The notes below the pieces were generated by a model, which ran no database searches, was not told the DNA's origin, and saw nothing but the letters and a program-made list of their open reading frames with translations. A stretch of 64,000 bases of DNA from Octopus sinensis (Eukaryota), in contig NC_043002.1 of assembly GCF_006345805.1 (NCBI RefSeq), forward strand, positions 87,544,001-87,608,000. The letters are read 5' to 3'. This document shows, piece after piece, positions 11,581 to 26,690 of this stretch (positions are counted from its first letter, which is position 1; every line of letters begins with the position of its first letter). The position numbers and the translations under genes are program-made.

Positions 11581-12834
11581 ACACAATACAGTTTTGCTTA
11601 TTGTTTTGAAATGACTGCATGTAACTAATATATATTGCTTCATTTTATTTCTACCACTCATTAATTAATTTTGATAGCTATAGCAATATTAAAATACAGG
11701 GTATTCCTTTTTTCCCAGTATTGTAGCTGTCCTTCTTTATCGTCATGCCAACCCTTGTTACACAGAACTTCGATAGAATTTAACCCAGCCATGAGCATCG
11801 CGTATTTTTTTTTTTACCTATTTTGCACCTTTTTGCTACATTATCTAATATATCTCTTTTCAAGACAATATTTGATTTGAATTGAGATTTAGCGACTATT
11901 CCCTGGGAGTCTAGCGAATGTAAATAACAGTCCGTTTTTTAATGTTATTTTTTTCCCCCCGATCTGTTTCTCGGTAACTCAACAACTGCACAGCGTTTAT
12001 CACATAGTTTATTTATAATACAAAGAGACGCATTTCTGTATAAAGAGAAATTAAAATGACGGAAGAAGTTGCTTCAATATCATCTTCAAAAGTGTGAAGT
12101 TACTTTGCAGTATCATTGAAGACATGTAGACTGCCATCTCCCTAAGGCATCTTGCTAAAATTTGGATAAAGCGTCTGAGGGTTACTAGCATCAAGTAGAG
12201 CAACGTAATTCCGAGGTTGTAATTTCTTTTGACATTGCTATCTTCAACACCGGTTTCAATACTACCGAGCACAAATTTTGGCAGTAGGTGGAATGGAATT
12301 GTACAAATATGGCTCGGGGTAACTGATCTTAAGGAAACCAAGCACCAACTGAGGCTCAAAGTGAGCTTTGTTTATTCTAAATATTAATTTGCAGTTCAAA
12401 ATGAGCCTAAATTAATTGATGATCAAAGAAACTTTAATAAAACAAATTAACCATAGAAATGTTTATATGTGGAAAATCTAATTTTTTATATTCCTGGAAA
12501 ATCCAAAAATATTGTTTACGGTCCAAAATTGCTGTAAATATATGATTAAGAAAATAATTCATTTGAAGTAATTAACTAAATTATTACAGGTTTTTTTGCG
12601 AAAACAAATGTTTACAAAGAAATTTTTTAAATTACAAGTAAAATATTCGCTTTTATGTTATATATTTATATACTTCTTTATTTCAGAACTCAAGTACATT
12701 TCAGAAGCTGAAGTACATAGAAACATGCTTACAAAAAGAAAACAAAACAACCCCCACCAAAAAAAAAACAAGCAAAGAAACCCAAAGAACGAATGCAAAC
12801 GGGCATACATTTATGGATATAAACAAACATACAC

Positions 12835-12867
<33 letters not shown>

Positions 12868-13009
12868 CATACATACATACATAAATGCATGCATACATAC
12901 ATATGCAAGAATAGTCTGAAGTACATTGAACTTCAATTAAATCATACACGTGCGCACACACCCATACGTACACACAACACGTATATATATACATATACAT
13001 ATGTATGCG

Positions 13010-13046
<37 letters not shown>

Positions 13047-13513
13047 CTAAGTACATAAATATATATATATATATATTATGTACTTTTATATATATATATA
13101 TATATATGTGTAAAAATACGCACACACATACGTATATACAGAGAGGGAGAAAGAGAGAAAGAGAAAGAGCGAGGGAGAATGAAGACATGGAGAGAGAAGG
13201 AGAGTGAGAGAGCAAAGACTTTGCTATATTTATACGAGTAAAAGTAGTGATAAGATGACGGGTCCGCTGCAGACATATAAAATAAAACGATAATTGCAGC
13301 GACATTTAAATGAAGCATTTTAGTAACGATATCTTTTTTTTTATTATTTATCTTTTAGGGATTCCATACATTTATAACAATTTTAACGTATCTCACAGTG
13401 CTAGGGTGCATATAGCATTAGCTCTGTATGAGTTAAAAACAAACACACGGACACACACAAACATATGCCTGGTGGACTGGTATGTCATAGATACACACAT
13501 ATACACACTCATG

Positions 13514-13575
<62 letters not shown>

Positions 13576-13766
13576 CGAGAGAGAGCGTGTGCGTGTGTGT
13601 GGATGCCCTTATATCAATGTATATGAGAATTCACTAACGATATAATTCGAAGGTGGATATATTTTTAATTCTAGATACCCTTGAATACACACATATAATA
13701 TTATAGTCTGCATTACGCATTCTTTACATAAAGAACCTTTCCTTTTCTCATTTCTCTTCGTATATA

Positions 13767-14169
13767 TATTTCTTTATTGCCCGTAGGGGGCTAAACATAA
13801 AGGGGACAAACCAGGACAAGCAAAGGGATTATATCGATTACATCGACCCCAGTGCGTAACTGACACTTATTTAGTCGACCCTAAAAGGATGAAAGGCATA
13901 CTCGACCTCGGCGGAATTTGAACTCAGAATGTAACGCTAGACGAAATACCTATTTCTTTACTACCCACAAGGGGCTAAACACAGAGAGGACAAGCAAGGA
14001 CATACAAACGGATTAAGTCGATTACATCGACCCCAGCGCGTAACTGGTACTTAATTTATCGACCCCGAAAGGATGAAAGGCAAAGTCGACCTCGGCGGAA
14101 TTTGAACTCAGAATGTAGAGCCAGACGAAATACCGCTTAGCATTTTGCCCGGCTTGCTAACAATTCTGC
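13767..14169 (-). mobile_element. Dimeric tRNA-derived SINE
   Basis: Two tandem ~185-bp units joined at GACGAAATACC|TATTTCTTT (13950/13951); pol III head only on the sense-5' unit. Confidence 0.9.
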
Positions 14170-16228
14170 AATCAAGAGAGCCATTGATTGTATTTTGTGA
14201 TGGACAAAATTTTGCGCAGTCAACCTGAATCTGTTGACAGCGATCGCTAACCAGACTTGGATGCATGCATTTCGGAGTGGTTATCTCCTCAGCAGCAGAA
14301 ACTGAAAAGGCGGACGCTGCGGACTGATACAGGACACAGATGCTCCTTATGATATTCCTGTCATAGCTGCATGACTGCTCTATTCAGCGGCTCACCGTAG
14401 GTAAAATATGGGGCTACACTGCTAAGTAGGGATGTGTATAAATACGAATTTGTTACTAGTTCAAATATGCTCGAGGAATATTCCAACCCACGCAAACACA
14501 TACATGCATATGTGCTACTATACGTGTACTGACTCGTGCACACTGTCTACGTTAGACTTGATGTCTTTATGAAATAATTGTAAGACTAATAAGTTATATG
14601 TCAGTTGTCTTCTTTGCTTTTCACAGTTTCTAATTAAAATGTAAGAGACCGTAGTATGACCCATCAACCACAGTATAAATATTTCTTAAGAAATTCTAGA
14701 GTTACGGAACAGTTTACAAAACGTATAGACAATATCTGTTCTTGGATTATATATCCTGAATGTCCCATGGTTTAACCCACCTCTTTTCATTGTGTAACTA
14801 TAAAAAATGCCATTTGTTTTAAGCATTCAGATCAGGTCTCCAGTTTCATTAGAAACATTAAAGGTTGGTGCTACGCTTTCTTCTGAGTTGCATTTGCTTT
14901 TCTCTTCTATTCCTATCAATCTCAGGTGTCTTGCAAAAGGTCATCGATGCTGCCCTTATTCCTGTAAGCCATGAAAAAGTCCAATAAACAGAATTAATCT
15001 GAATCGCTACCTTGATGCTATTTCATTTAACTTAGCTTGTCGATACCTCTGGGGGATGTATAACCACAGTTATTCCTTTAATGCATAGCAAGAGAAGATG
15101 ATGTTATTGACTACTTTGATTATAGCATTTCTATCCAGAATATTACAGTGAATCTAATTTATGTCTACTAATTTAGCAAGGGACAGTCAAAGCTAACCTT
15201 TAAAAATGTTTTAATTCCTGAATTTTACCTCGCTGACAAATGATATTAGCTGGGAATGATATTATCTGTGGTGGTGTCATAGTAACCATTAACAATGCAA
15301 ATAAACTTTTATTCTAAGCGACGGAAGCAGTATTCATTCAAATTAGCAATCTCTATATGTTACTTAACGCATATATAGTGTTGAAGCGTATATACGCAGT
15401 TCAAAAGGCTTTCGACAGTATTAATGTTTTAAGTATGATATACAGATCACAAATAAAATATGTGTTCGATATTGTTCCATAGTTAAGCTTGTTAAAAGCA
15501 TAGAACTCAAACATAGTAGGGTAGTGTAGATTTCCCTAAATATCTCCTCTACCACTTGATGTCCGTCACCTGTTTATGACGAAGCAGGTCAATCTGTCGT
15601 TATGTTCTACTTGTGGGTTGACGAAGAAACGAAGGAACCAGCATGCGGTTGCTTGTCATGCTAGAAATAACAGTCAAACTTGCTTGAAATCGTATCATAT
15701 TATCTTTAAAGAAAGAAAATGTTAAGTACTGAAAAACTGAGATGATCACGGCTGGGAATCGTTCATTATATTTCTGCTTAACTATAGTTGACAAGAGGTT
15801 AAACAACCAGCAATAAACCGTTGAGTAGTTGAATCCATTGCATGACACAATAATTTTGCATCTGACACAAAAATCTATAATCGCAGAATCTGCTAGTGAT
15901 TAAATTGGAATTTAACAATTTCTGTCTATTCTCTCATGTCTAAGCGTTTTCGTACAACGTAGTTTACAAACATTTCTGGTAACGAATTCACAGATTAAAG
16001 AGGCATCGCACACTTCCCTGCCATATTTCAATTATAATCCGTAATAATCTAACAGAACATGTGCAATATAAGTGCACTTCAAAGTGTGTGAAGAAACAGA
16101 ATTATTTTCTTATGATTTACATGTTATTCTACTTAGAAGTTTTATCCTACTTTTGGAATGTATCATGTATCATGTTCTGGCTGAAAGCTTTTGGGAAGCA
16201 CAGGATGATATCAATCTATATATATATA

Positions 16229-16528
16229 TGGTGGAGCCTCGGTTTACAAATTTAATTGATTCCTGAATTCGTAACCTGAAATGTACGTTAGCCGAAACTA
16301 TTTTTCTCATAGGAAATTCAAGGGAAGTCATGGCAAATTCGAGGTACGTGCACTGAGCGTAAGCTTGACAGAAACTGGTGCTCTCCTACTGATACTCTTG
16401 GCTTGTCCCCATCCGTTGCTTCTAGCTTGCGTGTTCGTTACTCGAGACACCGTCCGTCACCCATGTTCGAAAAATTGCTCGCAAACCGATTTGTTCATGA
16501 CAGGCATTCGTAAACTTAGGTTCCGCTG
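16229..16528. mobile_element. Tigger/pogo-type MITE (300 bp)
   Basis: TA flanks; left TGGTGGAGCCTCGGTTTACAAA versus reverse complement of right end CAGCGGAACCTAAGTTTACGAA. Confidence 0.7.
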
Positions 16529-17014
16529 TACTTCCATTGGCTTCTTTCTCCCTTCCTCTGTCTGTCTGTCTGTCTGCTTGTCTGCCTGTCTGTTTCTCTC
16601 TCTCTCTCTCTCACTCTCTCGCTCTCGTTCTCTAAAGGCTGTGGGCATGCTCAGAAGTTGCAATTATTCATTTTTTTGTCATTAAGTTTAAAAGCTTACC
16701 GGTATTATGAGAGTGGAGATACTTACATCGGCAGAAAAGAAAATAGTCATGATAGAAATGGATGAAATATCCATTATAATAACGACTGGCTATAGGTAGT
16801 GTGTACTTTTAAGCTGCTGGATATTTAGAAACTCCACCAAGTGTCTTCTCCAGGTTGTATTCATTAATATTGTGAATATTGTTGAAGGAGGTACGAACGA
16901 TATTGTGTCTTTTGCAATGTTTTAAGCATGTCACAACGAGTAATTTATACATTGTTTTTCAGATTTTGATTGTAATGGCCATAACCTTCTGCTGCATTCC
17001 CACCCGTGTTCGTT

Positions 17015-17990
17015 CCATCTAACGATCACATTGGACATGTCTTACTCTATGAGTTTCCTAAAGGTGTCAATGCAAGCACAGTAGCAAAGTCCTTTTAGAG
17101 AGTTTATGGGGATAATATACTCAGTGAAAGAAGTTGTAGCAGATAGTTTTCTCGCTTCAGAAGTGGGGATTCGAGTTTGAAAGACGAGCCAAAAGAACTT
17201 CGTTCTAAAGAACTTGATTCCGAAAAGCTGGAAGCTGTTGTCACAGAAAATCGAACGCTAATTGTAGAGAACTTGCAGAACAGTTTAACGTAGCACATAC
17301 AACTGTTCAACGCCAACTGAAAAGGATCGGAAAGGTTTCAGTTGTTGGAAAATGGGTCCCGCACGAACTGTCTCCAGAGAATCTGCAACAGCGTGTTGTT
17401 TTTTGTCAGTCATTGCTTTCACAACACCTGAAGGAACCATTTTAGGAAGGCTTGTTACAGGTGATGAGAAGTGGATCCTTTACCATAACGTTAAACGCTG
17501 CCGATGATGGATTTATCAGTCGAGGAGGAAGACCTGTTCAACCAAGTGGAGGACTTCATCCAAGATAGATTATGTTGAGTGTATGGTGGGATATTGAAGG
17601 AATTGCCCACTACGAATTGTCAGACAACAATCAAACAATTGCTGATAATCCCTACTGGGATCAACTTCATCGTTTGAAAGCTGCTTTTAACAGAAAGTGA
17701 CCCTGCTTAGTCAACAGAAAGGGTGTCATCTTCCACTATGATAATGCTCGTCCGCATACAGTTCGACTGACCCAAATCTCTTGGAAGAGCTTCGTTGGTA
17801 AATATTGCTTCATCCTCCATATTCGCCACACCTTGCCTATTCTCATTATCACTTGTTCCAGGAAGTTGAAAATGAGTCGGATTGATATTTCGCATTAAAA
17901 CTTAAGCAATTTTACAAGGGTGGCATATATAAGCTTGTTGACCAATGGAATGAAGTTCTAGAAAACAACGGCTATTATGTTAACGAAAAC
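17015..17990 (+). pseudogene. Mariner (DD34D) transposase pseudogene
   Basis: LLYEF..G.NAS, WVPHEL (~17353), VTGDEKW (~17455), MLSVWWD, YDNARPH, HPPYSPHLAYSHYHLF; stops, frameshifts and a deletion near 17860. Confidence 0.9.
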
Positions 17991-18030
17991 AAATTCTTTT
18001 CTACTTTAGGTACATAAAGAATAAATATTT

Positions 18031-18252
18031 ATTTCTTTATTGCCTACAAGGGGCTAAACATAGAGGGGACAAAAAAGAACAAAGTCGATTACAACGACCC
18101 CCAGTGCGTCTCTGGTACATGTTTCATCGACGCTGAAAGGATGAAAGGCAAAGTCGACCTCTACGGAATTTGAATTCAGACCGTAGCGGCAGACGAAATA
18201 CCCCTAAGCATTTCGCCCGGTGTTCTAACATTTCTACCAGCTTGCCGCCTTA
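18031..18252 (-). mobile_element. Monomeric SINE of the 13.8/53.5 kb family
   Basis: Colinear with the units at 13767-14169. Confidence 0.85.
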
Positions 18253-18464
18253 GGCACACAACGAATAAATATTGTCTTAGTCATGGGCTTATTCATTTTT
18301 AATAGAGACCTTAAATGGGCCATTACCTTTGCACCAACCTGATATATATTATGCATATATATATATATAATATATATATATATATATTATATATATATAT
18401 TTATGTATATACATACATAAATACTGTCTCGGTCCTGCGAACTAGATCCAGTGGAATACCAATG

Positions 18465-18506
<42 letters not shown>

Positions 18507-18534
18507 CTACACTACACTATACTGTACTATACTA

Positions 18535-18692
18535 TAGGCTTCTCTTAGTTTTCGTCTACCGAATCCACTCACAGGGCTTTGATCAGCCCGAGGCTATAGT
18601 AGCAAACATTTGTCCAAGGTGCCATGCTGTGGGACTGAACTTGAAACCATGTGGTTGTGAATAAATTTTCTTGTCATAGAGGTACGCCTGCA
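18535..18692 (-). mobile_element. SINE 5' half (7469-type)
   Basis: Reverse complement of the 7469-7620 head and core. Confidence 0.8.
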
Positions 18693-18795
18693 CGTATAAT
18701 TAACTGTCTATCTATCTATGTCAGCTGTCTGTCTGTATGTATGTGTGCATCTGTATACAATATGTGTGTATATTATATATATATTATATATATAT

Positions 18796-18865
<70 letters not shown>

Positions 18866-18961
18866 TATATTCACATATTCCGTATATAGTATGGTTGTTT
18901 GGTAAGAAGTTTGCTTCCCAGCCACATGGGTCCGGGTTCAATCTCACTCTCAAAACTTAAG

Positions 18962-19171
18962 TAAAAAAAAAACGAAAAATAATCCAGAATCCTTGTCCGA
19001 TAGCGGATCGATCGCAAAATCTAATCAGTTCTGTTAGTAACGAGGTCAAACATCCCTGAAAGTTTCATCTGAATCCATCCTGTGGTTCTTCAGATATCTT
19101 GTCCACAGACAAACAAACAAACAAACGCGACTGAAAATTATACCTTCACCTTCGCTAAAGCGGAGGTAATA
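18962..19171 (+). mobile_element. Non-autonomous Helentron/HINE-like element
   Basis: (CAAA)n tract followed by the terminal hairpin CCTTCGCT-AA-AGCGGAGG and TAAT, the typical HINE/DINE-like 3' architecture. Confidence 0.6.
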
Positions 19172-19500
19172 AAAAGCAATTGTATAAAGAAGTGAAATTG
19201 CCGGTAAGAGGATTGAAGGAAGAGGTCACAGTTGTTGGAGTGGGCAACTGTCTAAAGTTGTTGAGAATAAAGATAAGGAGATGGGGTAAGACAGGGAAGA
19301 AAATAAGTTAGATGGATGCTGACTTTAGGGGAAGGTCGTTGTGAATACTAAGCAGGGCTCACTTTACTATGTCAATGGTAAAAAAATAAGTTGTCGCACT
19401 CATGGATATACATTTATATAGAGAAAAAGGTGTTTGCAAGAAGAGGAGAAATAGAACTCAATAAATGAATGTATAAATATAAGTACTTTCAATTCTAATC

Positions 19501-19539
<39 letters not shown>

Positions 19540-22500
19540 ATGTGTGCATGCGTATATGTGGATTTTTTACGAATATTTTTGCGAATACTTTTTGTATGCG
19601 TTCAAGAATATGTAACAAATTTATTAACTTAGAAATAAATGACGAATAAAAAATAATTCAGTTGTCAAAAAGAGGGAAAAAAAGCATCTTTAGTCTAAAT
19701 AATCAATAAAATAAAAATATGAATACCTGTAGCATGCGTTCATACACATGGATATGTAACTATATATGATCTTGGTTCTGTGGGTATGATGTATACGAAG
19801 CTTCAACTGTTACCGTATAAGCAATTGTAGAACCATAAACCTGTATTGATTAATGATTTTTTTTTCTGCAAACAGTAACATCATTGCTAGAGTGGAAGTA
19901 ATTCCGAATTCACTTGTGGAGTGTATTGAAGAAATATAATATCAAAATAGGAAAGGAAAGAATGATAATAAGGTAAGTGATATGAGTGAGTAAGGGAGGG
20001 GATAATGTGAAAGTTAATCTTATCATGAATGAAAGAAGGAAGTTCAAGGTGAAAAGATGATGACACTAAACTGAAAGAATAAAAATGCTAGATAGAAAAT
20101 GCAAAAAAAAAAAATATATATATTGTTAAACGAAATATATAAAGCAAAGATAAAATGCGAGATATCTATCTTCATTGAGAGAAAAAAATATCTCGATATA
20201 TTTGGAGAACGGTCAGAGCGCAAGAATAGAAAAAGAAAAAGAGGGGCAAATTGAAAAACACCATTAAGAGAATCGAACGAGATTGATGAATTATATACCA
20301 AAGAGGAGTGTGACGAAGAAGGGGAAGATGGAAGATAAGAAGTGACAGTGGAAAAAAAACAAAGAGCAAAGTAAGAAGGAAAGAAAAGCGGAAGAAAAAG
20401 AAGAGATTGTATAGAAAGACAAAACAAGAAACTCCAAAATACAAAACATTTGACTGAGATAGGAGAAAATCAAGTTATGAGTCGTTTATAGAATGTTGAT
20501 ATATCTTGAGATATTAAACGGGCAATCACAAGTACTGTAGTATGGATAGAACAAGTCTTAATAGTATTTAATCAAAGCTATGATATTGCAAGATATCTTA
20601 CATGAAACAATATCTTATATTACTTTCCAGCAGCGATTGTCTTTTCACAAATGGAATATCGTCTTGTCAGTTAAGAAAGACACATGAGATAGAAAATAAC
20701 CAATATAATGAATTCTCGAACGTTATCGGTTTGGTATGGTGTTCTACTTGTCATGGATGCCAGTTTACAAAGTTTAAGATGGTAAACATTCCATATATAA
20801 ACAGGATTGAAAGATATTTCTGTATGCTTATTTAATGACTTGGTCTAATGAAAGATGTCTTTCTTATGGCCTTCCCATGCTTACCGAGACTCATGAGATA
20901 AATGTGGTTGGTGTTTCTAAATAAATGAGATTCGGCGTCTGCGGGATAAACATGAGCAGCGCTGCTTTTAACCATTAAGCAAAAGAAGCAAGTGATCAGG
21001 GCATCAAAGGAAGCGGGGCATTACAGAAATTGCAAATGGTTTACGGCACAAAAGAAACCACTTTAAAATTGTTAAAACTATATTCGAAGTGGTTTATATG
21101 ATCGGAAATATAATTTCGCAGTTTTCATGGTGCTATAGTGAGGATCGGATCAAAGACATAGCAATTAAATAAAAGTAGAAGATTTTTCAAATATAAAGTA
21201 GAAATATACAAAAATAAACATTATTTTCTATCTAGTTAGTGTTGTTAGATTTTGAAAAATAAAAATTTATTTTAAGGTTTATTATTGTTTACACTTGGAA
21301 TTACTTATATATGGGTGCATGAAAATCCTTTAAGAGATTAGCTCCTCTGTGGATCTTAATACCCCCCAGAACATTAGCAGAGTGGATATGTCTGAGAAAG
21401 ACAAATAGGTTTAGTGGTTAGGATGGGGTTTGACTGAGAGTAGTAGACACAATGTGGGTGGCAGTATTAGAAAGAGAAGAGACGAATAAATAGGATGAAC
21501 TCTTGTGGAATAACACGACCTATGCTAATTCTTGAAATCGGTGGCCATCGTAACCGTGGTGAAAGAACCACGAAAAAGTAAGAACACATCTTGTGATTGT
21601 TTTCATGAAATGCGTGCAGATTTCGTGTGAGGTGTCTTGGTTGCATGTGGGTAACGCTTGGCTGGGAGATATTATAAAGGAGTGAGGGGTTAGCATCATA
21701 TACATTGTAGGTAGTTGTTGGGGAGGAATGACGAAAAATAGAAATCGAGGCATATCAATGTTCATTGGATGTTGGTCAATGAGGGCTCCATAAGTGAACA
21801 CCAGTCATCGGACAGAAACCATATGGTGGGCTGTGTAGTTAGAAATTAACATGTCAATCGCAATTGAGTGCATTGCAAATGCCAGGTACAAGAATTGTGA
21901 CGAGGCCAATGACACATCATCTAGTGACATGAGATAGAATATGACACCCGTAGATATTGCTTTACTGTACTGGCGATCATTAAATAGAAAGAGCTATTGT
22001 AGATGGTGTACAAATTTGTACCTAATGGACGTCAGCTTGCATTTGACAATGTTAGAATAGAAAGGACAGTTGGCAAGGTTAGACAGTTGCCCCTTTTGAG
22101 AATAGGACAAACAGTAGTGTGTTGTCAAACATCAGCATGTTAGATTGGTTTAGCCTTGGTCAGGAATTTGTGAAGTGTTGCTATTAAAGCTGTAGCACTA
22201 ACAAACGCAACTATGTTGTAGATTTGAAATAATTGACATTTTTAAATAATGGAAGCATTATTCCGCGTTAAAGACTTAGAAAATTCCTTAAATGATATGC
22301 ATAATATATTTGTTTAAATGAAATATAATATCATATTTTAGTCAATTCAGGTAAATTTGAACCAGCAGCTTGACAGAGAAAAATCCTTAAATACTCAATA
22401 ACGAATTAACCCAAAAATCTAGGAAGATGTTTGATTAAATCAACGTTTACAATTTTATTGTTTTAACGAATCATAAATTAAATATTAACGAATAAATTTA

Positions 22501-23476
22501 CATTTATATTTAAATATTTAATAGTAAATTGAAGATCGTTAATAACTTTGCCAAATATGTTGAAATGGGAAACGCTCACATTCCATATGTTAATTCAATG
22601 TTTATTCCGATGGGTTTTTTTAGATTCGAACGATACTGATGATGTTGTATACAAAAGAATGAAGTAACTCCGACTTGTATTTAGTCATATAAATCGATAT
22701 ATATTATTTACAACACCTGGGGAATATAAGAGAAGTTAAAAGGAACATAGTAAAGAGTTGCAATTTGAAAGTAGAATCTTATGTCAGGATAAATATTACA
22801 GTTATTTTCTCTTATCTGTGCACTTATTATTTCAAGTAATTTATGTTCCTCAAATGTTTTCATTAGCAAACATTGTCTTCGCTTTAAAAACTTACAATTT
22901 GTCTTTCTGTTCAGTTTGATAATGAATTAAAATATGATTAATAATGTCAGGATAAATGCTAATATTCAATATATATTGGATACAGAAATATATAGATGAA
23001 TATAGCCATATAAACATGTATATATTCATGTATGTATGTGTATATATATAGCCACATATACATACATATAGTCACATTCATTCATGCATACATATATACA
23101 TGCATACATACATACATGCATACATAAATACATACATACATACATACATACATACATACATACATACATACATACTTACATACATACATACATACATACA
23201 ATGTTGAGAAGCTGTAAGTACATGACTGATTACGTGACTAAGTCCATGACTAATTCCAAAAATAACAATTACATATCATTAATGGAACTATTAATCTATT
23301 AACAAGAGTAAACTATTCCAGATATTTAGCTTATATGTTACAAATGCGCACGCATAGGCAAAATCACGTGCATACAAAGACAAACATATGCATATATGTG
23401 TATATAAATACACATACATATATGTATACATATACATACATACATTCATACATACATACATACATACATACATACA

Positions 23477-23509
<33 letters not shown>

Positions 23510-23511
23510 TA

Positions 23512-23961
23512 CATGGAAAAATGCGAACATGAAAAGTAATATTCTTACGATTATATACCTGGAAAAGTTATTACACATGTAAAAGTATAGGACAAACTAT
23601 TACTTCACGTAAAGTAAAGAATAAGAAACTTTTTACTTCAAAATATTGCAGCAAAGAATGCCAGTTCTAATTTATCACTCTTTACAGTTCTTATCTTTTA
23701 AATTTATAGTACAAAGCTCTTCAGTTAATTTGTAAGTTTATCTAATTAGTCACATTTTTCTGTATTTAAGGTAGTAAATTAGCCAAATTCTACTTAAATA
23801 AGTATAAGTATATTTTTTGATATTCAAATTTTCATTTTAGCTGCAATATTTTAAGTAAAATGTTTCTTATTCTTTACTTTATTTGAAGTAATAGTTTGTC
23901 CTGTACTTTTCCAGGTTTATAATCTTAAGAATATTACTTTTCATGCTCGCATTTTTCCATG
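23512..23961. mobile_element. MITE with ~125-140-bp TIRs and TA flanks
   Basis: Left arm 23512-23652 is the reverse complement of 23840-23961 (one ~18-bp indel); TA on both sides. Confidence 0.8.
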
Positions 23962-24106
23962 TAATCTTTTTTAAATTTTGGAATTTATTGCGTTTTTAAA
24001 TTTTGGAATATATTCTTTTCAAGAATTCTATTTTTGAATCATTTTGGAATCTATTTTTTTATCTAGTTAATTTTAGTTCATTTTTGTATATTTTCAGATC
24101 ATTAAA

Positions 24107-24608
24107 ATGGAATGTGAAGTTAAGAAAAATGAGCATTTCGACACCTCCTCCTTTTTGCTTTTAATGAAGGTTCTAAGGCTGCAAAAGCTGCTTGCGACAT
24201 TTGTGCTGTGTATGGAGAGGGTGCCATAGCTGGCTGAAAGAACCGCTCGTGATTGGTATGCCTGCCAAGTTAAAAAATGGAAATTTTGACTTCAAAGACG
24301 CACCTCGTTCTGGCCGTCCAGTTGAGTTTGATGAAGAGCGATTAAACCAACTTTTGCAATAAAAAATTCTCATCGAAAGACAAAGGAACTGGCAGAGAAA
24401 ATGGAATGCTCCCACACTGCTAGAGAGAACCATCTTCACTCGATGGGAAAGGTTCGGAAGTATGAAGCATGAGTTCCGCATACTTTAAGTAAAAGCAACA
24501 AAAAATCAACGAGCCGCAATCTCCGCTGGTTTGTTTGCTCGTCACCGCTCAACTCATAGACACAGGCAACGATTTCTTTACCGAATCGTTACTGGCGACG
24601 GAAAAAGG
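24107..24608 (+). pseudogene. Mariner transposase N-terminal half
   Basis: MECEVKKNEHF..LLFAFNEGSKAAKAACDICAVYGEG; DAPRSGRPVEFDEE; *VPHTL; RIVTGD; ends abruptly at the first catalytic D. Confidence 0.85.
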
Positions 24609-24785
24609 TCCATTTTGGAGACGCGTGTCTTGATCATTCCTCACGCTTCGCTCGACGCTCTGAAGGTAAAACTACGTTAGGAATGGGCTTGGATTCCGCA
24701 AGAAAAACTGCGTGCCACATGAGAAGTATTCGCACCTATACTTCAGTCTGTGATTAAAAACGTAGGTGGTCATATCGAATAAATG
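24609..24785 (+). pseudogene. maT/Tc1-type transposase C-terminal end
   Basis: SILETRV..PHASLDALKVKLR*EWAWIPQEKLRAT*..LQSVIKNVGGHIE*. Confidence 0.7.
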
Positions 24786-24947
24786 TGGTAGTGCCATAAT
24801 TGTGTTTCCTTTACCATTGCATTGCAACGCTCAAACCCGAAATATAACATTATTTGGCAAAATTGAAAATAGTTGGTTGCCTTAATTTTTATTCCAATTT
24901 CAGTCCCGCTGCATTGCATCTTCGGCGGGTGTGTTCAACAATAATCT

Positions 24948-25320
24948 GTGCAGGAGTGATTATGTGGAAAAAAGTTTGCTTCCCAACCACGTGGTTCCGA
25001 TTTCAATTCCCCTGCATTGCACCTTTGACGGATCGATTAAAACATTGTGAGTGGATTTTGTAGATGGAAATTGAAAGAAGTCTGTCGAGTGTATGTGTGT
25101 GAGAGAGAGAGAGACAGACAGACAGAAACAGCGTGTACGCAGGTCTCTGTCCTCCACCACCGCTTGATCACCGGTGATGGTGCGTTTAGCGGTTCGGCAA
25201 AAGTGAGCGATAGAAAAAGTACCATGCTTAAAAAAATATAAATACTGGGGCCGATTTGTTGGAACCGATAAGTTATGAGGACATGTACAAACCAGCATCA
25301 GTTGTCAAATAGTGAAGATA
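24948..25320 (+). mobile_element. tRNA-derived SINE (7469-type), diverged
   Basis: Colinear with 7469-7850. Confidence 0.8.
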
Positions 25321-25428
25321 GGGGACAAAAACATATACAACGACACACACACATAGATACACGCACGCACACACACACACACACCACACACACACACACA
25401 TATATATACACACACACACATATATATA

Positions 25429-25487
<59 letters not shown>

Positions 25488-25488
<1 letters not shown>

Positions 25489-25641
25489 ACGGGCTTCTTT
25501 CAGTTGCCATCTACCCTATCCACTCACATGGCTTTGGTCAGCCTCGAGTTATTTTAAAAGACAATAGGCAAGTTTCGCCGCAACGACTGAATCCTGAGAC
25601 ATGTGGTTAGGCACCAATTTTCTCATCGCTCAACTACATCT
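25488..25641 (-). mobile_element. SINE 5' half, diverged
   Basis: Reverse complement of the SINE head and core. Confidence 0.65.
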
Positions 25642-25653
25642 GAAATTTGTAAA

Positions 25654-25716
<63 letters not shown>

Positions 25717-25827
25717 AAGTAACAAACTGAGGAAAAGAAATTCTTCAAAGGCGTGTATTAAGCATCCAATTCACTGGTACATCAGTTGGATACCATATAA
25801 ATATTGGTATAATTCAATAATAAAGAT

Positions 25828-26690
<863 letters not shown>

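Noticed and set aside
12051-12359. 102-aa ORF or decayed coding-like segment
   Set aside because: No recognisable motif in any frame, multiple stops on the plus strand, and no splice support.
14180-14410. Possible exon ending at CCGTAG|GTAAAA
   Set aside because: All frames contain stops and there is no recognisable protein family.
21400-22100. Possible Penelope GIY-YIG remnant on the minus strand (SNIVKC, HEICTHF)
   Set aside because: Motif matches are too fragmentary to support a call.
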